Sequence record: CM128224.1
DNA: 32,000 nucleotides
Strand: one strand, 5' to 3'
A program made the position numbers and the translations under genes. Each line of letters begins with the position of its first letter. Position 1 is the stretch's first letter. Positions 27,787 to 32,000 of the stretch are shown piece after piece. Below the pieces are notes generated by a model. It had not been told where the DNA came from. It made no database searches and worked only from the letters and a program-made list of their open reading frames with translations.

Positions 27787-28953
27787 ATGAATAATGCTTT
27801 TTCTGTAATTAATAAATATTTTAAACAAAAATATTTATTAAAAAACAATTTAGTAACGCAAAAACCGAAGTACCTTTGTGGTATTTCAGGGGGACAAGAT
27901 TCAATATTTTTGTTTTTTTGGTTATTACATCTTAAAAATAAATGGAATTTTAATTTAAGTATTTTACACTGTCATCATTTATGGCAACAATCTAATTTTT
28001 TAGCATTTCGACAAATTTATAAATTAGCTTATATTTTTAAAACTCCAATATGTATTAACCTGAGTGAAAGTGTATTTTTTACTGAAACTAGTGCACGAAA
28101 TTGGCGTCAGGAAGCTTATAATAGAAGCCTAATTTTTGAAAATGGTGATAAATTTATTTTAGGGCACACAGCAACTGATCAATTAGAAACAGCACTCTTG
28201 AATCTTATTCGTGGGACAAGTCCACAAGGATTTTGTAGCTTAAAACAAAGTAAAAAGTTAATAATTTCATTATATATATATATATTTCCTTCGTATTTTT
28301 TTAAATTTTCTCCAAAAAAATTTAATGCAAAAACAGTTAAAAATAAATGTTATCTAAAATCAAAATTTTTTAGTAAACAAGTTTTTACTTCAAAATTAAA
28401 AAAAAATAATATAAAAACAGTTGATTTTTTGTTTTGCTACAATTTAATAAAATTTACTGGTTTTGGTTCATCTTTTAAACTTAACGGGAATTATATATAT
28501 TTTTCTTTTTTTATTTCGTATCAGAGGCAAAAAAAAAATTCTTTGTATAATGTGTTAATACGACCATTATTATTTTTGCATCGAAATGATATAACCGTAT
28601 TATCCAAATTTTATCATATTCCTATTATTAATGATTTTAGTAACTATAATGTAGTATTTTCTCGTAATAAACTTAGACATCAAATTTTTCCTAAATTTCG
28701 GTCGTTATTTCATTTACCCTTTGATTACAAATTTTATCAATATTTACAAATTTTATTAGATGAGCAAGATTATATGGATAATATAGTTATAAATTTAATA
28801 AAAAAAAGGAAATATTGCGAAAATGAAGAATTTAAAGAATTACCGATTGCTCTTCAACGACGTTACATACATTTCGTATTAGAAAGTTATATTAAAAAAA
28901 AATGTAATTATTTTCAAATAGAATATATTCAATCTATTTTATTATTTGATTAA
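27787..28953 (+). CDS. tilS: tRNA(Ile)-lysidine synthase (Ycf62) with an internal low-complexity insertion
   Basis: 388-aa ORF. PP-loop CGISGGQDS. GHTATDQLETALLNLIRGTS. The later RPLLFLHRNDI block. Confidence 0.85.
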   Translation: MNNAFSVINKYFKQKYLLKNNLVTQKPKYLCGISGGQDSIFLFFWLLHLKNKWNFNLSILHCHHLWQQSNFLAFRQIYKLAYIFKTPICINLSESVFFTETSARNWRQEAYNRSLIFENGDKFILGHTATDQLETALLNLIRGTSPQGFCSLKQSKKLIISLYIYIFPSYFFKFSPKKFNAKTVKNKCYLKSKFFSKQVFTSKLKKNNIKTVDFLFCYNLIKFTGFGSSFKLNGNYIYFSFFISYQRQKKNSLYNVLIRPLLFLHRNDITVLSKFYHIPIINDFSNYNVVFSRNKLRHQIFPKFRSLFHLPFDYKFYQYLQILLDEQDYMDNIVINLIKKRKYCENEEFKELPIALQRRYIHFVLESYIKKKCNYFQIEYIQSILLFD

Positions 28954-28972
28954 ATAATAAAGTTTTTAAGTT

Positions 28973-29045
28973 TGCCAAGAACCAGACTTGAACTGGTGAC
29001 ACGAAGATTTTCAGTCTTCCGCTCTACCGACTGAGCTATCTCGGC
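28973..29045 (-). tRNA. trnF: tRNA-Phe(GAA)
   Basis: Reverse complement: GCCGAGA TA GCTC AGTCGGTA GAGC G GAAGA CTGAAAA TCTTC GTGTC ACCAG TTCAAGT CTGGT TCTTGGC A. Confidence 0.9.
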
Positions 29046-29146
29046 TATTTTTAATTGTTATAGTAATATATTATTATAAATTTAAAGCTTATAGAAGCTA
29101 TTGGTTCAATTAGAACAAAGTTCTAGTTTATTTTTATTAAAAAATT

Positions 29147-29371
29147 ATGATATTAAAATTTATGTTAGATAAAGTAATATTAATTATTTCACTTTTAATT
29201 CTATTATTTATAGTACCGCAAACAACAACAAGAGAAAATGTTATTTTTAAAAAATTTTATAATAGTGGTTTTTTTTCTAATTTCTCACAAGTAGAATTTA
29301 CTATAAATTTAATAAATTGGGCATTAATTTTATTATTTTTTGGTTGTACTTTTTTATTTAGTATGTATTAG
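29147..29371 (+). CDS. Small two-TM membrane protein, possibly SecG-like (ycf47-type); start may be the second ATG at 29162
   Basis: 74-aa ORF with two hydrophobic segments. The layout TM1-LLFIVPQ...FFSNFSQVEFTINLINWALILLFFGCTF resembles plastid SecG/Ycf47 (..FSS....E..LN..TW.L...F). This rests on similarity recalled from memory, not on a search. Confidence 0.4.
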   Translation: MILKFMLDKVILIISLLILLFIVPQTTTRENVIFKKFYNSGFFSNFSQVEFTINLINWALILLFFGCTFLFSMY

Positions 29372-29388
29372 AATAATAAAATGTCTAC

Positions 29389-29460
29389 CTGGGATGGAAG
29401 GACTCGAACCTCCGAGTGGCGGGATCAAAACCCGCTGCCTTACCACTTGGCGACACCCCA
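29389..29460 (-). tRNA. trnQ: tRNA-Gln(UUG)
   Basis: Reverse complement: TGGGGTG TC GCC AAGTGGTAA GGC A GCGGG TTTTGAT CCCGC CACTC GGAGG TTCGAGT CCTTC CATCCCA G. Confidence 0.9.
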
Positions 29461-29476
29461 TACTATTTTTAATTAT

Positions 29477-29543
29477 AAATATTTCTTAATATGAAATATT
29501 AGTTCATTAAAAAGAAACTAATATTTCATATTAAGAAATATTT
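29477..29543 (-). terminator. 28-bp perfect stem-loop downstream of psaM
   Basis: aaatatttcttaatatgaaatattagtt (29477-29504) and aactaatatttcatattaagaaatattt (29516-29543) are exact complements with an 11-nt loop. Confidence 0.75.
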
Positions 29544-29576
29544 AACAAGAATCTCATATTATTGAAAATAAAAGAT

Positions 29577-29672
29577 TTATTTATATAATGTGGCACCTAA
29601 TCGTACAGCAAAAAGCCCTGTAACTAATGCTAAAAATAATGCTATAAATATTTGAGAATCTGCAAGCGACAT
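29577..29672 (-). CDS. psaM: Photosystem I subunit M, 31 aa; not in ORF track
   Basis: Hand translation gives [31 protein letters not shown]. This parallels cyanobacterial PsaM (M.LSDTQI..AL..AL......RL...LYK). Confidence 0.85.
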   Translation of the reverse strand: MSLADSQIFIALFLALVTGLFAVRLGATLYK

Positions 29673-29748
29673 AAATTTTAATAATATTTAATAAATGCTA
29701 TTTACTAATTTTTTAAGCTAAAATTATTGGATTTTAATATTAATTAAC

Positions 29749-29850
29749 TTATAAATTTCCTTTACGACTGGCAAGTAATATAATAACAAGTGGGCCGGCC
29801 GCAATAATTAAAAATAAACTTGTTAATTGAAAAAATATTTCTAAATTCAT
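29749..29850 (-). CDS. ycf12: Photosystem II protein Psb30 (Ycf12), 33 aa; not in ORF track
   Basis: Hand translation gives [33 protein letters not shown]. This is the typical Ycf12 pattern, ending in RKGNL. Confidence 0.88.
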   Translation of the reverse strand: MNLEIFFQLTSLFLIIAAGPLVIILLASRKGNL

Positions 29851-29984
29851 GATGTATTTTTTAATTTCGTAATTTAATAAAATTTTAGGTGAAGTAAAAT
29901 ATAAAATTTAAATAATGTTAAATTTGTATTAGAAAAAAGCTTATATTAGTTTAAATAATAATATAATAATTTTAAATATTTACT

Positions 29985-30113
29985 TTAACGAAAACTTACT
30001 GACGCCTGCCAAACAAACGCTAATAATAAAAAAAATACAGGTATAACTGGTAAAACGTTTACAATAGGGTCGAAGGGAGCATAAGCTTCAGGTAATTTTG
30101 CTAATAATAACAC
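29985..30113 (-). CDS. psbK: Photosystem II protein K precursor, 42 aa, apparent GTG start; not in ORF track
   Basis: Hand translation gives (GTG)[42 protein letters not shown]. There is no in-frame ATG between the upstream stop (30159-61) and the mature KLPEAYA N-terminus. GGAGG lies 6 nt upstream of the GTG. Confidence 0.88.
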   Translation of the reverse strand: MLLLAKLPEAYAPFDPIVNVLPVIPVFFLLLAFVWQASVSFR

Positions 30114-30119
30114 GGGAAT

Positions 30120-30124
30120 CCTCC
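30120..30124 (-). promoter_or_regulatory. Shine-Dalgarno-like GGAGG upstream of the psbK GTG
   Basis: The reverse complement of 30120-30124 is GGAGG, with the 6-nt spacer attccc before the GTG at 30113-30111. Confidence 0.45.
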
Positions 30125-30436
30125 AAAATAATATATTTTGAGCAATTGAATTGTATGTTCAAAACTACTATTCAATTTTTTACTTAATTTAGTATTATTA
30201 TGCTAGAAAAATATATTTTTTACCAATGTTTTTAATACTTTAAATATTTAATTCAAAAATAAAATCATTATAATAAAAATATAAAATATTAATAAAATTA
30301 AAATATTGTATAAACATAACTATAATAATGTAAAATAAAAAGTAGTTGTTCTTATATACCTATAAGATATATTTCTTTTTATAGTACTTATTATTTTAAG
30401 TATATACTAATTTTTAGTGATTTGTAAAAAAAAATT

Positions 30437-31969
30437 ATGAAATTAGCGTATTGGATGTATGCAGGGCCTGCTCATATAGGTACATTAAGAGTGGCGAGTT
30501 CATTTAAAAATGTTCATGCTATTATGCACGCGCCTTTAGGCGATGATTATTTTAATGTAATGCGCTCTATGTTAGAACGAGAACGCGATTTTACACCCGT
30601 AACCGCAAGTATCGTTGATCGTCATGTTCTTGCTCGGGGTTCTCAAGAAAAAGTTGTCGAAAATATTACTCAAAAAGACCAGCAACAAAAACCTGATTTA
30701 ATTGTATTAACACCAACTTGTACTTCAAGTATTTTACAAGAAGACTTACAAAATTTTGTAAATCGTGCATCTTTAGAATCTAATTCAGATGTAATTTTAG
30801 CTGACGTTAATCATTATCGAGTGAATGAATTACAAGCAGCAGACCGGACACTTGAACAAATTATTAGATTTTCAGTTGAAAAAGCACGTAAAAATAATGT
30901 ATTAAATACAGAAAAAACTATTAAACCTTCTGCTAATATTCTTGGGATTTTTACATTAGGATTTCATAATCAACATGATTGTCGAGAATTAAAAAGACTT
31001 TTAAATGATTTAGGAATCTCAATTAATGAAATTGTTCCAGAAGGTGGGTCGATTAAAAATTTAAAAAATTTGACTAAAGCGTGGTTTAATCTAGTTCCGT
31101 ATCGAGAAGTAGGTTTAATGGCGGCAAATTATTTACAAAACGAATATTCCATGCCTTATGTTGGAATAACCCCAATGGGTATCGTAGATACAGCTAATTG
31201 TATTCGTGAAATTTCTACTATTATTAAAAACCAAAACCCTGATATAGAATTTAATACAGAAAAATATATTGATCAACAAACAAGATTTGTATCCCAAGCT
31301 GCGTGGTTTTCGCGTTCTATTGATTGTCAAAATTTAACAGGGAAAAAAGCTGTGGTATTTGGTGATGCAACACATGCAGCTAGTATGACAAGAATATTAG
31401 CGCGTGAGATGGGGATTAATGTTTCATGTGCTGGTACATATTGTAAACACGACGCAGATTGGTTTCGTGAACAAGTTCAAGGATTTTGTGATCAAGTTTT
31501 AATTACTGATGATCATACTCAAGTTGCAGATATGATTTCTCGCATTGAACCTTCAGCTATTTTTGGTACTCAAATGGAACGTCATATTGGAAAACGGTTA
31601 GATATACCATGTGGTGTTATTTCAGCACCTGTACATATCCAAAATTTCCCATTAGGTTATAGACCGTTTTTAGGTTATGAGGGTACGAATCAAATTGCTG
31701 ATTTAGTTTATAATTCGTTCACATTAGGTATGGAAGATCATCTATTAGAAATTTTTGGTGGTCATGATACAAAAGAAGCAATTACAAAATCACTTTCTAC
31801 AGAATCTGGCTGTAGTTGGTCACCCGATGGGTTAGCGGAGCTTAAAAAAATACCAGGTTTTGTTCGTGGAAAAGTTAAACGTAATACGGAAAAATTTGCT
31901 CGTGAACGAAATATTACTGAAATTACAGTAGAAATAATGTATGCGGCGAAAGAAGTTATTGGTGCATAG
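30437..31969 (+). CDS. chlB: Light-independent protochlorophyllide reductase subunit B
   Basis: 510-aa [72 protein letters not shown]. Conserved to the C-terminus. Confidence 0.98.
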   Translation: MKLAYWMYAGPAHIGTLRVASSFKNVHAIMHAPLGDDYFNVMRSMLERERDFTPVTASIVDRHVLARGSQEKVVENITQKDQQQKPDLIVLTPTCTSSILQEDLQNFVNRASLESNSDVILADVNHYRVNELQAADRTLEQIIRFSVEKARKNNVLNTEKTIKPSANILGIFTLGFHNQHDCRELKRLLNDLGISINEIVPEGGSIKNLKNLTKAWFNLVPYREVGLMAANYLQNEYSMPYVGITPMGIVDTANCIREISTIIKNQNPDIEFNTEKYIDQQTRFVSQAAWFSRSIDCQNLTGKKAVVFGDATHAASMTRILAREMGINVSCAGTYCKHDADWFREQVQGFCDQVLITDDHTQVADMISRIEPSAIFGTQMERHIGKRLDIPCGVISAPVHIQNFPLGYRPFLGYEGTNQIADLVYNSFTLGMEDHLLEIFGGHDTKEAITKSLSTESGCSWSPDGLAELKKIPGFVRGKVKRNTEKFARERNITEITVEIMYAAKEVIGA

Positions 31970-32000
31970 TAATTAAACCCGTATGCACTATTTTTTTATG

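Noticed and set aside
28273-28286. (TA)n tracts, here and at about 2113-2126 and about 27235-27246
   Set aside because: These are ordinary AT microsatellites in an AT-rich plastome with no further structure.
31133-31330. 65-aa minus-strand ORF
   Set aside because: It is antisense to the conserved chlB CDS.

Overview
This window is a contiguous piece of an AT-rich green-lineage (chlorophyte-type) chloroplast genome, not a prokaryotic accessory region. Evidence: form IB rbcL with no adjacent rbcS; psbA, petB-petD, psbE-F-L-J, rpoB-rpoC1-rpoC2, clpP, accD, chlB and tilS; a giant ftsH-like ORF; and intron-less trnK, trnV, trnG, petB, petD and clpP. I support 23 protein genes, six of them small PSI/PSII genes missing from the ORF track (psaI, psbJ, psbL, psbF, psaM, ycf12/psb30, psbK found by hand translation). 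I also support 12 tRNA genes, one candidate small RNA, and a series of long, mostly perfect inverted repeats that mostly follow gene 3' ends. I see no rRNA, CRISPR array, transposase, integrase, homing endonuclease, intron, or defence-type gene cluster, so I do not claim a new multi-gene system here. Four points deserve follow-up. (1) A well-folded class II tRNA (long variable arm) carries a CAU anticodon. (2) An unannotated hairpin RNA in the petD-trnC spacer has the SRP RNA domain IV signature (candidate plastid ffs), preceded by TTGACA-N18-TAGTAT. (3) rpoC2 is interrupted: its conserved C-terminal part lies in the -1 frame with no ATG, and the frame overlap contains an in-register A AAA AAA heptamer. 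(4) The 1942-aa ftsH-like ORF keeps the AAA+ motifs, but its HEXXH protease site is replaced by YQAAK. All coordinates for hand-found features come from manual counting and may be off by 1-2 nt.
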